Positions 35,156 through 42,808 of a DNA stretch of 42,808 nt are shown here, one piece after another. Made by a program: the position numbers and the translations under genes. Under the pieces are notes generated by a model, which was not told the DNA's origin, made no database searches, and saw only the letters and a program-made list of their open reading frames with translations. Source of the stretch: Thermofilaceae archaeon (GTDB taxonomy: Archaea > Thermoproteota > Thermoprotei > Thermofilales > Thermofilaceae); contig JAVYWK010000017.1 of the NCBI GenBank assembly GCA_038727095.1, positions 1 through 42,808 of the forward strand, written 5' to 3'. How positions within the stretch are numbered: the first letter of the stretch is position 1; each line of letters opens with the position of its first letter.

Positions 35156-36523
35156 GTGGCGCGTTTCACGAGCCTTGCCTACGGGAAGCCCGGTGAGCTT
35201 CTCTTCGGGCGTGCGCTCCACCCGTTACGCTACGGCCTCGGCCTGGAGGTCGGCTCGGGGCGCGTAGTCCCGGAGGTTAAGTACTGGCCGAGCAGGAGCG
35301 CGGACGAGTCGGGCAGGCTGGTCGAGGAGTTCTCCAGCATCACCAGGAGCGTGCTGGAGAGGGCGGTCGACCTTGGCGTCCAGGCGGTCCAGCTGGAGAC
35401 CGAGCTGAGCCACGTGGCGACGCTGAACCCGAGGCTCGCCGAAGAGATCGTAGCGGCGCAGAAGGACGTCATGGAGCGCTACCACTCCGAGTACGGTGTT
35501 GCGCTAGCGCTACGCGTCACAGTGGCGGATGTGCGGTGGTCTAGGGAGCTGGAGGGGGAGGAGGCCTTCTCCAGGATGATGGAGTCGTTCGAGGCTGCTG
35601 CCGGGGCCGGCGCCGACGTCCTATCGATCGAGTCCATCGGCGGCAAGGAGGTCTTCGACTACTCGATCGTGAGGGGGGACTTGAGGGGTATAGCGCTCGG
35701 CCTGGCTGTGCTGGCCCCAGCTGACGTCGAGAGGCTTTGGAGGGAGGTCTCCTCGATCGCGTCGCGAAGCGGGGCTCTAGCCGGCGGGGACTCGGCTTGC
35801 GGCTTCGCGAACACGGCGATGAAGCTGGCGGGGGGCTTCAAGAGCAGGATGCTGCCCCACGTCCTGGCTGCGGTCGTGAGGGCGATGAGCGCGCCCCGCA
35901 CGCTGAAGGCCTTCGAGGCCGGCGCGAGGGGGCCGGGGAAGGATTGCGCCTACGAGAACGTTTTCATCAAGGTGATCACCGGCTATCCCATTTCTATGGA
36001 GGGTAAGACGAGCGCTGTAGCCCACTCCAGCCTTGTTGGAAACGTGGCGGCTGCGGCCTGCGACCTCTGGTCGAACGAGCAGGTCGAGAACGTGAAGCTG
36101 TTCGGCGGCACGGGCCCGCAGGTGTTCCTCGAGATCCTCCACTACGACTGCCAGCTCATGAACACCGCTCTCAAGGCTGGAAAGGGTGAGGAGCTCAGGG
36201 ATCTACTGGTCGCGTCAAACCTGTACACGGACCCGCAGTCCCTCGTCCTTTCGCCGCAAGCAGCTTGGGAGATCGCGTCCGCCATCGTGGCCGAGAGCGA
36301 CGACTACCGGCGCGCGGTCGCCGCGGCGGGGAGGGCCCTCGAGATCATCAGGCGGGAGTGCGAGGCCGGTCGCTTGGCCCTAGACGCCAGGGAGGCAGCC
36401 TATCTGCGCAAGCTCGAGAGGGAGTTGGGAGCCCTACCCGATAGCGCCGACGGGCTCCTCGAGTCTGCCCGCTTCTACGAGGAAAGGGCGAACTTCAAGG
36501 TTTCAGACTACCTTAAGGATTAA
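35156..36523 (+). CDS. mtaB: Methanol:corrinoid methyltransferase MtaB-family protein
   Basis: FTSLAY..LLFG..HPLRYGLGLEVGSG.VVPEV, LSIESIGGKEVFD, GDSACGFANTAM, GPGKDCAYEN, MEGKTSAVAHS, CDLWSNE; putative Zn ligands E/C/C are retained. Confidence 0.9.
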   Translation: MARFTSLAYGKPGELLFGRALHPLRYGLGLEVGSGRVVPEVKYWPSRSADESGRLVEEFSSITRSVLERAVDLGVQAVQLETELSHVATLNPRLAEEIVAAQKDVMERYHSEYGVALALRVTVADVRWSRELEGEEAFSRMMESFEAAAGAGADVLSIESIGGKEVFDYSIVRGDLRGIALGLAVLAPADVERLWREVSSIASRSGALAGGDSACGFANTAMKLAGGFKSRMLPHVLAAVVRAMSAPRTLKAFEAGARGPGKDCAYENVFIKVITGYPISMEGKTSAVAHSSLVGNVAAAACDLWSNEQVENVKLFGGTGPQVFLEILHYDCQLMNTALKAGKGEELRDLLVASNLYTDPQSLVLSPQAAWEIASAIVAESDDYRRAVAAAGRALEIIRRECEAGRLALDAREAAYLRKLERELGALPDSADGLLESARFYEERANFKVSDYLKD

Positions 36524-36550
36524 TATCGCGGTTCCCCACCCCCTTCCACC

Positions 36551-36877
36551 ATGAGCTACGTAAGCTTCGAGGAGTTTCAGAAGCTAGACCTGAGGGTGGG
36601 GAAAGTAGTCTCCGCTGAGCGCGTCCAGAGGGCCAGGAAGCTCTTGCTGCTGAAGGTCGACATCGGCGGAGAATTGAGGACTCTCGTAGCGGGGCTGGCC
36701 GAGTACTACGCGCCGGAGCAACTGGTGGGGAAGGAGATCGTGGTGGTCGCCAACCTCGAGCCGAAGGTCATCATGGGCTTGAAGTCTGAAGGCATGCTGC
36801 TGGCTGCGGTCGTCAACGGCAAGCCCGTCCTGATAGTCCCCGAGAGCGAGGTTCCACCGGGTACAAGGATCTCCTAG
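36551..36877 (+). CDS. Stand-alone tRNA-binding OB-fold protein (MetRS C-terminal / Trbp111-like)
   Basis: FEEFQKLDLRVGKV, KLLLLKVDIG, VVVANLEP, SEGMLLAA. Confidence 0.92.
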   Translation: MSYVSFEEFQKLDLRVGKVVSAERVQRARKLLLLKVDIGGELRTLVAGLAEYYAPEQLVGKEIVVVANLEPKVIMGLKSEGMLLAAVVNGKPVLIVPESEVPPGTRIS

Positions 36878-37015
36878 AACCCGCCGCCACCCTGACTACC
36901 ACACGTGGGTTTCCACGGTATTTCCCCGAACTAATCCGTAAGATTCTCTATCATATGCCAGCTGCAATCATGCTGTAAGCGTAACACATATAACCACCTG
37001 CTGCTTAACCTTCCT

Positions 37016-37087
37016 ATGCCCTGCAAGAGGAAGAGTGAAGATAAGAAGGGAGAGAAGAAAGAAAGCAAGAAAGAAGCCAAACAGTGA
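37016..37087 (+). CDS. Putative 23-aa Lys/Glu-rich microprotein
   Basis: ATG..TGA encodes MPCKRKSEDKKGEKKESKKEAKQ. CATATAA at 36987-36993 gives leaderless spacing; a CTTTTTCCTTT tract follows at 37113-37123. Confidence 0.5.
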   Translation: MPCKRKSEDKKGEKKESKKEAKQ

Positions 37088-37155
37088 AATCAGTTTAACC
37101 GAAATTCCCACCCTTTTTCCTTTAAGTTTTTATAGTCCCCTCGATTGACCTACCC

Positions 37156-37878
37156 GTGGTCAAGCTGCTATACCAGTACGACAGCTACCTTAAGGAGTTC
37201 TCGGCAACTGTCGTTAGGGTTGAGGGCTCCAGGGTTTTTCTCGATCAAACGGCGTTCCACCCCGGCCCCAGCGGTGGCCTGGACCATGACAGGGGCTACC
37301 TCATTGCTCCGAGCGGGGAAAGGTTGGAAGTCGTTCAAGTGCTCGAGGAGGGCGGGGACGTGGCCCACGTGGTGGCCGGTGAACCGGGCTTGAAGCCGGG
37401 CGATACGGTCAGGGGGGTGATCGATTGGGGCAGGAGGTACAGGATGATGCGGTTGCACACAGCCAGCCACGTGCTGCTCGCCGTCCTGTACAGGCGGTAC
37501 GGGGCGCTGGTGACGGGTGGGCACATCACGCCCGAAGGGGCGAGGGATGATTTCGACCTCTCGGGCGTCGATGACTGGAAGAGGGCTGTAGCAGAGGCCG
37601 TGGAGGAGGCGAACCGGATCCTGGCAGACTGCCTTGAGGTGAAGGTGTACTGGCTCCCCCGCGATGAAGCTCTGAGGATCCCCGGGATCGTTAAGCTCGC
37701 TGAGCGGCTGCCTCCAGATGCTGCGGAGATCAGGGTCGTCGAGATCCCGGGAGTCGACATTCAAGCGGACGGCGGCCCGCACGTAAGGAACACGTGCGAG
37801 GTGGGGCGCATCGTGCTGCAGAGGCTGGAGAGCAAGGGTGCGCGCAGGAAGCGCGCCTACTACACCGTAGAGCCCTAA
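37156..37878 (+). CDS. alaX: Alanyl-tRNA editing protein AlaX (AlaX-M)
   Basis: LYQYDSYLKEF, LDQTAFHP..GG..HD.G, MRLHTASH, DIQADGGPHV. Confidence 0.92.
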   Translation: MVKLLYQYDSYLKEFSATVVRVEGSRVFLDQTAFHPGPSGGLDHDRGYLIAPSGERLEVVQVLEEGGDVAHVVAGEPGLKPGDTVRGVIDWGRRYRMMRLHTASHVLLAVLYRRYGALVTGGHITPEGARDDFDLSGVDDWKRAVAEAVEEANRILADCLEVKVYWLPRDEALRIPGIVKLAERLPPDAAEIRVVEIPGVDIQADGGPHVRNTCEVGRIVLQRLESKGARRKRAYYTVEP

Positions 37879-38145
37879 TCAGCTCTTCTCGAAGCTCAGC
37901 GCGTCGATGCTCCGCAGCGCGCACCCGTGATCCTCGAGGAGCTTGTGCACCTCCTCGATGTCTATCGATCCGCCCTCCACCGTTAGCTTGAGGGTTTCCG
38001 TCCTCACGTCGACTTCCACCACCGCTACATCAACCCTGCTCACCCCGTCGAGCTCGCAGATCAGCTTCGCCAGCTGGATCGTGTCCAGCTCCCGCGGCTT
38101 GAGAACGTCGAGAACCAGCCGCTTCAGCTTCGCCGGCACTTTCAA
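37879..38145 (-). CDS. DUF211-family protein
   Basis: LKRLVLDVLKP, ETLKLTVEG, GCALRSID. Confidence 0.85.
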   Translation of the reverse strand: MKVPAKLKRLVLDVLKPRELDTIQLAKLICELDGVSRVDVAVVEVDVRTETLKLTVEGGSIDIEEVHKLLEDHGCALRSIDALSFEKS

Positions 38146-38747
38146 CCACCCAGAGACCCCAGCAGCACTGTTACGCCGGCTACTGCGAAGCCCGCGCCGA
38201 CCATTGCGGCTGAGTACTTGATCGCGCTGGTGCCCGAGATCTTCGCCAGGTAAGCGCCCAGCACGGAGAGCGCCGCGAGGCCGACTAGGGCTGAGAGGGC
38301 TACGGCCGCTTGGAGTCCGATGGCGTCGGCTGCCAGCACGGGCGCGATCACCACTAGCATGCCTAGCGCGGGTGCGATAGCGTTGACCAGCGCGCTGAGC
38401 AGCGCGGCCAGCTCGAAGGTGTAGCCGAAGATCGTGCCGCTCAGCTTCCTCAGTAGGGCTTTCTCCATCTCGATGAGCTCCCTGCGCCTCTCAGCGACCT
38501 CCGTTAGGTAGGAGCTGACGAAGCCGGATAGCCCGAGACCGAAGCTCACGGCTAGGGCTGACACGAGGAGCGTGCTGGCGCGCTGGCCGCCGGCGAAGTA
38601 GTAGCCGAGCGCGAGCCCGAGTGCCGTGAGCACGCCATCGAATAGGTTTGTGACGAAGTAGCGCCTGGCTATCCCAGCGAAATTCGTTGCAGCCAGGTGG
38701 CGGAGAGCGAGCTTCAACCGCCTCATACTCGATGAGTCGTCCTTCAT
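38142..38747 (-). CDS. VIT1/CCC1-like (TIGR00267) membrane protein
   Basis: ARRYFVTNLFDGVL, YLTEVAERRREL..MEKALL; coupled to the DUF211 gene by a 4-bp overlap. Confidence 0.82.
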   Translation of the reverse strand: MKDDSSSMRRLKLALRHLAATNFAGIARRYFVTNLFDGVLTALGLALGYYFAGGQRASTLLVSALAVSFGLGLSGFVSSYLTEVAERRRELIEMEKALLRKLSGTIFGYTFELAALLSALVNAIAPALGMLVVIAPVLAADAIGLQAAVALSALVGLAALSVLGAYLAKISGTSAIKYSAAMVGAGFAVAGVTVLLGSLGG

Positions 38748-38837
38748 ATCGCAGCTTATGGTTGGAGTTCTAACGGACAGCTTTAAACATTGCTATACCC
38801 AAGCCGGCACCCCCTCCGTTGCCGCAGCTAAGCGGCG

Positions 38838-39980
38838 CTAGAGCATCCTCCTAGCGATCTTGTCCAAGGCTTTGAGGCCTGAACCGGTCAGGGGGATGAG
38901 CACTCTCTCCCCCGAATCGATCAAACCCTCTTCTCTCGCTTTGCGGAGCGCGGCTATAGCCGTGGCTGACGTGGGCTCGACGAAGAAGCCCATCCTGAGG
39001 GCGTACCGCAGCGCTTCTCGAGTCTCCTCTTCGCTGACAACTACCACCTCACCCTTCGATTCCTTGACGACCTTGACCAGCTGCTTGAGCCTCGGCGGGT
39101 TTGGGATGGCGATACCGTCAGCGAAGGGCTCGGGGGGCGGCGCGGCGCCGTAGGGCCCGTGGAGCGCGTCGTAGAGCGGCGTGTAACCTTCTGCCTGAAC
39201 GGCAATCGCCCGAGGAACCCCTTGCGCGAGGCCGATCTGGGCCGCCTCCCTGAAGCCCCGGCATATGCCCAGCAGTAGCCCTCCGCTACCCACCGGCGCG
39301 ACGACTGCGCCCGGAGTCCCTGCCTGCTCACAGCACTCGAAGGCGATCGTCTTCAAACCTTCGATGAAGAAGGGGTTCCACATATGGCTCGCGTAGACCG
39401 CGCCGCGCTCCACCTCCTCCAAAGCCCTCCTAGCCACCTCGCTCCTCGGCCCCTCAACCTCGACCAGCTCGGCCCCGTACAGCTTTATCTGGAGCTTCTT
39501 GGCTGGAGGCGCGCTGGACGGCACGTAGACCCTGCACCCGATCCCGGCTGCAGCACAGTACGCTGCAACAGCTACGCCGGCGTTGCCCGACGAGTCGATC
39601 AGGACTCGATCCGCGCCGAGCGCCTTCAAATTGGAGACCATCACCGTCGCCCCCCGATCCTTGAACGAACCGGTGGGGTGCAGGTACTCGAGCTTCAGCA
39701 GAACCCGGACGCCCCAAACCTCCCTCTCCACCGTGGGCGTCCAACCCTCACCCAGCGTAACGATGTCCCCACCGACATGCGGGATGAGGGAGCGGTAGCG
39801 CCACACACCCCACCCCTTCAGCTCCACCTCCCCCTCGAGCCTCTTCTCAATGTCGAGGGGTGAGCCGCACTCGCACCTCCACAACCGGGCTGAGGCTTCG
39901 TAGCGCCTCCCGCAGGAGGAACAGACGATGCTGAACTCCACGCCCACGCTGGCGCGCGCTCGGGTATATGGTTTTTCCAT
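38838..39980 (-). CDS. thrC: Threonine synthase-like PLP enzyme
   Basis: N-terminal CxxC/CxC, TLGEGWTP, PTGSFKDRG (PLP Lys), DSSGNAG, PVGSGG, EPTSA, LTGSGLK. Start is uncertain. Confidence 0.85.
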   Translation of the reverse strand: MEKPYTRARASVGVEFSIVCSSCGRRYEASARLWRCECGSPLDIEKRLEGEVELKGWGVWRYRSLIPHVGGDIVTLGEGWTPTVEREVWGVRVLLKLEYLHPTGSFKDRGATVMVSNLKALGADRVLIDSSGNAGVAVAAYCAAAGIGCRVYVPSSAPPAKKLQIKLYGAELVEVEGPRSEVARRALEEVERGAVYASHMWNPFFIEGLKTIAFECCEQAGTPGAVVAPVGSGGLLLGICRGFREAAQIGLAQGVPRAIAVQAEGYTPLYDALHGPYGAAPPPEPFADGIAIPNPPRLKQLVKVVKESKGEVVVVSEEETREALRYALRMGFFVEPTSATAIAALRKAREEGLIDSGERVLIPLTGSGLKALDKIARRML

Positions 39981-39992
39981 CTCATCGCTTGA

Positions 39993-40411
39993 TTACGTAG
40001 GTTTGAGAAGCTTTTCAACTAGCGCTCGGACGCGCTCAGCCATCTGAAGTGCTTCCTCGGCGTCCTCCCGATCATAGAGCTCCTCAGGTGCAACTCCGCT
40101 TTCCTCGTCTCCGTACATCGAGGGTTCCCTCTCCCTCCTCAATCTACGCGAGTACCTGGCCAGAACTGGCACATGCTCGCGGAACCACTCGGGGAACCTA
40201 TGTGCCTCCGCCCTGAGCACGGGACCGACATCGTGCCAGCGGGGTGGTTCGACACCAACGATCCTCAACGCTGCCTTAAGCAGGAGTTCCACGCCTCCTG
40301 GCACTGCCTGACGACGTAGGGGTAGCTGCCGCGCTCGAGCGCGATCCTGGCGTGGTGGAGCCGCTCCGCAGCCTGCTTGTAGTACGATGCAGCGATCTCT
40401 ACGTTCCTCAC
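39993..40411 (-). pseudogene. HEPN-domain protein with a 1-bp frameshift
   Basis: GTG 40411 overlaps the MNT stop and gives MRNVEIAASYYKQAAERLHHARIALERGSYPYVVRQCQEA. The expected VELLLKAALR...HDVG...REPSMYGD continues in another frame. The span is 419 bp (3n-1), with a base missing near 40290-40294. Confidence 0.8.
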
Positions 40412-40920
40412 AGCTCGATCACCTCCCCGAACCTGTAGTCGCGCTTTAACCTCCAGTACCAGAGCTTCCCGTACTTTACGCGTTCAGCGCCGAGCGCCTC
40501 CAGCCTCTTCGCTAGGCGCTTGAGGATACCTTGGAAGAAGCCCCCCTTATCGTATAGGATCACCGCGTCCTCCACCATGTCCAGGTAGAGGGGGGAGCCT
40601 CGGGCAGCCTCCTCCGGCGTCTTGAGGATGGGTGAAAACTCGATCGTGTAACCGAGCTTCTCAGCCTCCTCGATCAGGGGTTGCAGCTCCTCCTCCACCT
40701 CCATGAAGATGTCCTGCCTCCTAAACCTGCTCCTCGGCAGGCCCTCAGCCACGATCAGCAGGTCGATGTCGCTGTCCTTCCTAGCCTCCCCCCGGGCTAC
40801 TGACCCGAAGACCACGACTGACACGAGGGAGCTGCCGAGCCGCCTCTGAAGAGCCCTGACGAGCTCGAGTAGGATGTTTCTGTAGGGCTCCTGCAGCTTC
40901 TCGACCTTCTCGGCGGCCAC
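40408..40920 (-). CDS. Minimal nucleotidyltransferase (MNT) antitoxin
   Basis: VVVFGSVARGEARKDSDIDLLIV; directly upstream of HEPN. Confidence 0.9.
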   Translation of the reverse strand: MAAEKVEKLQEPYRNILLELVRALQRRLGSSLVSVVVFGSVARGEARKDSDIDLLIVAEGLPRSRFRRQDIFMEVEEELQPLIEEAEKLGYTIEFSPILKTPEEAARGSPLYLDMVEDAVILYDKGGFFQGILKRLAKRLEALGAERVKYGKLWYWRLKRDYRFGEVIEL

Positions 40921-40999
40921 CGCGGTGATTCAGCGTGGCAGCTTAAAAGTTCGGCGGCTCAAGCCCCATTCGACGCAGCCTCAGAAGGTCGAGGTGCTT

Positions 41000-42130
41000 T
41001 CAAATCCTCGGGGGAACCCTTTCCCTCATCGACTCCAGAAGCCAGACGCCCTCACGCTCCGCGGCTTCGATGACCCCCGGCTCAGCACGCATGCAGTAGA
41101 GGACCGGGACGACGGCCCCCTGGAACCTCTCGGGCCATAGCTCCCTAGCCCTTCTGATGCGCTCAAGCAGCTTCGAAACGCTCCGTGGCCCAGCCCTAAC
41201 CTTTGCCTCACCGATCACGGTGAGCCTTCCATTTGAACCGTAAATGTCGAACTCGTACTTCGTGTCAAAACGCGTCGGTCTTGTTTCCAGCTCGTAACCC
41301 CTCTGCTTTAGGAAGTAAGTTACCATGTCGTTTGCCTCCTCCTCTACGCTGATGGACATTCGGTCTAGAGTCCTCTTCATCGATCGAACGTCCCTCTCAA
41401 TTCTGGATAGGCGGCGCTCGCAGCTATCCACCCTCTCGCTCAGCCTGATGATCAGCTGCTCGTGCCTTTCCAGTTGTTTCGCCTGCATTTCAGTGATTCT
41501 GCGCAACTCTTCAACCGCTTTTGTGAGTTCGCTAAGCCTCTGCTCGTGTCTTTCACTCACCTCGACGAGTTTGCTGAGTAGCTGCTCATGCCTCTCGGTT
41601 ACTTCTATGAGCTTGCTGAGCTGCCGCTCGTGCCGCTCAGTTATCTCAATAAGCTTGTTTAGTAGCTGTTCGTGCCGCTCGGTTACTCGAGTGAGTTCGC
41701 TAAGCCTCTGCTCGTGCCGCTCAGTTATCTCAATGAGCTTGTTTAGTAGCTGCTCATGCCGCTCGGTTACTTCTATGAGCTTGCTGAGTAGCTGCTCGTG
41801 TCTTTCACTCACTTCTATGAGCTTGTTTAGTAGCTGTTCGTGCCGCTCGGTTACTCGAGTGAGTTCGCTAAGCCTCTGCTCGTGCCGTTTAACCGTTTCT
41901 TCTAGGGATTTGACGGAGGCCGCTAGGACCTTTACGCTACTCTCAAGCGCTTTCAGGCTCTCTCGTTGGCTGTCTACTGCTCTTTGTAGTCCCTCGACAG
42001 CCTCGACCAGCTTATCGATCCGGGAGAACAGTTCCTGTAGCCCAAGGTAGGCTAGAACTAACGTCCTAAACTCCTCATCCTCTCTGAGCAGCCTTAGGAT
42101 GCTCTCCCTCAAATCCTCCGTCAACACCAA
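41000..42130 (-). CDS. Coiled-coil repeat protein with C-terminal PD-(D/E)xK nuclease-like domain
   Basis: LLREDEEFR N-terminus, long heptad region, then VEEEA...EFDIYG...IGEAKVR...AEREGVWL. Confidence 0.82.
   Translation of the reverse strand: MVLTEDLRESILRLLREDEEFRTLVLAYLGLQELFSRIDKLVEAVEGLQRAVDSQRESLKALESSVKVLAASVKSLEETVKRHEQRLSELTRVTERHEQLLNKLIEVSERHEQLLSKLIEVTERHEQLLNKLIEITERHEQRLSELTRVTERHEQLLNKLIEITERHERQLSKLIEVTERHEQLLSKLVEVSERHEQRLSELTKAVEELRRITEMQAKQLERHEQLIIRLSERVDSCERRLSRIERDVRSMKRTLDRMSISVEEEANDMVTYFLKQRGYELETRPTRFDTKYEFDIYGSNGRLTVIGEAKVRAGPRSVSKLLERIRRARELWPERFQGAVVPVLYCMRAEPGVIEAAEREGVWLLESMRERVPPRI
41520..41890 (-). repeat. Intragenic 42-bp tandem repeat, 9 units, with a 168-bp higher-order period
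   Basis: The core CTG(C/T)TC(G/A)TG, with one CCG variant, occurs at 41540, 41582, 41624, 41666, 41708, 41750, 41792, 41834 and 41876, encoding (T/S)ERHEQLL(N/S)KLIE(V/I). The RLSELT variant recurs every fourth unit. Confidence 0.92.
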
Positions 42131-42327
42131 AGCTATTGGCCGATCGACGCTTTAAATGCCTTTAGGTCCACGCCCGCTTCCACTGGAAAATTGAGACCCC
42201 CGCGAATTCTGGCAAAGGAAGGGAGCAAGTTGATTCTAGGCCCTACTGAGCGATGGCTGACACCGAGTCCCCTCTCTAGCGCTGGTAATCGAGAGAAGGT
42301 GTAAATAAGAGCCCCTTACGGTAGATT

Positions 42328-42808
42328 GTGGATAGGCTTAAGGTGGGCGTCGCGGAGAGGGTGATCACGCCGCCCGTGGGCGTACCGATGGGCGGTTACG
42401 CGCTCCGACCGGGTCCCGCGAGAGGGGTGCACGACAACCTTCACGCGAGGGCTTTGGTTCTCGAGCTGGGCGACAACCTGGCCGCCCTGGTTTCGCTGGA
42501 GCTGCTCTACCCAACCCCGGAGCTGGTCGCTGAAGTCAGGAGGACCGTGAGGAGGGAGCTCGGGATCCCCGAGGATCGCGTCATGGTCTCAGCTGTGCAT
42601 ACGCACTCGGGACCCTCCGCTCTCGGCATCGACTCTGAGCCGGAAAGGGGCTACTTGGAGGAGTACTGGGAGCTACTGCCGGCTGTCGTAGCGTCCGCGG
42701 TATTGGAGGCTCGGGAGCGCACGCTCGAAGCCACCATGCGGCTGGGGAAGGGGAGGCTGGACGGCTGGACCGTGAACAGGAGGAAGCCCCTAGCTGGCCC
42801 CCTCGACA
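42328..42808 (+). CDS. Neutral/alkaline ceramidase-like N-terminal domain protein (runs off the window edge)
   Basis: Not in the ORF track. MDRLKVGVAERVITPPVGVPMGGYALR...GVHDNLHARALVLE...VMVSAVHTHSGP...VNRR. Confidence 0.85.
   Translation, partial: MDRLKVGVAERVITPPVGVPMGGYALRPGPARGVHDNLHARALVLELGDNLAALVSLELLYPTPELVAEVRRTVRRELGIPEDRVMVSAVHTHSGPSALGIDSEPERGYLEEYWELLPAVVASAVLEARERTLEATMRLGKGRLDGWTVNRRKPLAGPLD

Noticed and set aside
41520-41890. Possible CRISPR array
   Set aside because: Units are contiguous in-frame codon repeats with no unique spacers, and no cas genes are present.
42180-42290. Possible sRNA (AGGGA...TCCCT flanks, two CTGA)
   Set aside because: No convincing C box, no recognisable rRNA-complementary guide and no consistent stem; would need RNA-seq.

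Overview
GC-rich, densely coded archaeal window. Leaderless genes with TATA boxes about 24 nt upstream, GTGA overlaps, a tRNA-splicing endonuclease subunit, a C/D box sRNA and pantoate kinase suggest Thermoproteota, most likely Thermofilaceae (inference). It holds a sugar-use region (GH94 cellobiose phosphorylase, GH31 alpha-xylosidase, GH3, xylulokinase, Rpe, ribokinase), peptidases, two corrinoid methyltransferases (non-pyrrolysine MttB-family and MtaB), an APC permease / metallophosphoesterase / nucleotidyltransferase operon of unknown function, two toxin-antitoxin modules (a divergent AbrB/PIN pair and MNT plus a frameshifted HEPN), a coiled-coil repeat nuclease and housekeeping genes. The best candidate for an undescribed system is 27226-32234: a putative donor-strand-exchange pilus locus resembling archaeal bundling pili (AbpA/TasA-like). 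It comprises a membrane-anchored wHTH regulator, a major pilin, a membrane-anchored accessory protein and a large putative tip adhesin that shares the pilin's N-terminal strand (xTITNITEW). Features missing from the ORF track include a 16S-targeting double-guide C/D sRNA (5222-5277) and a 23-aa Lys-rich micro-ORF (37016-37087). All family calls come from motif recognition; no searches were run.
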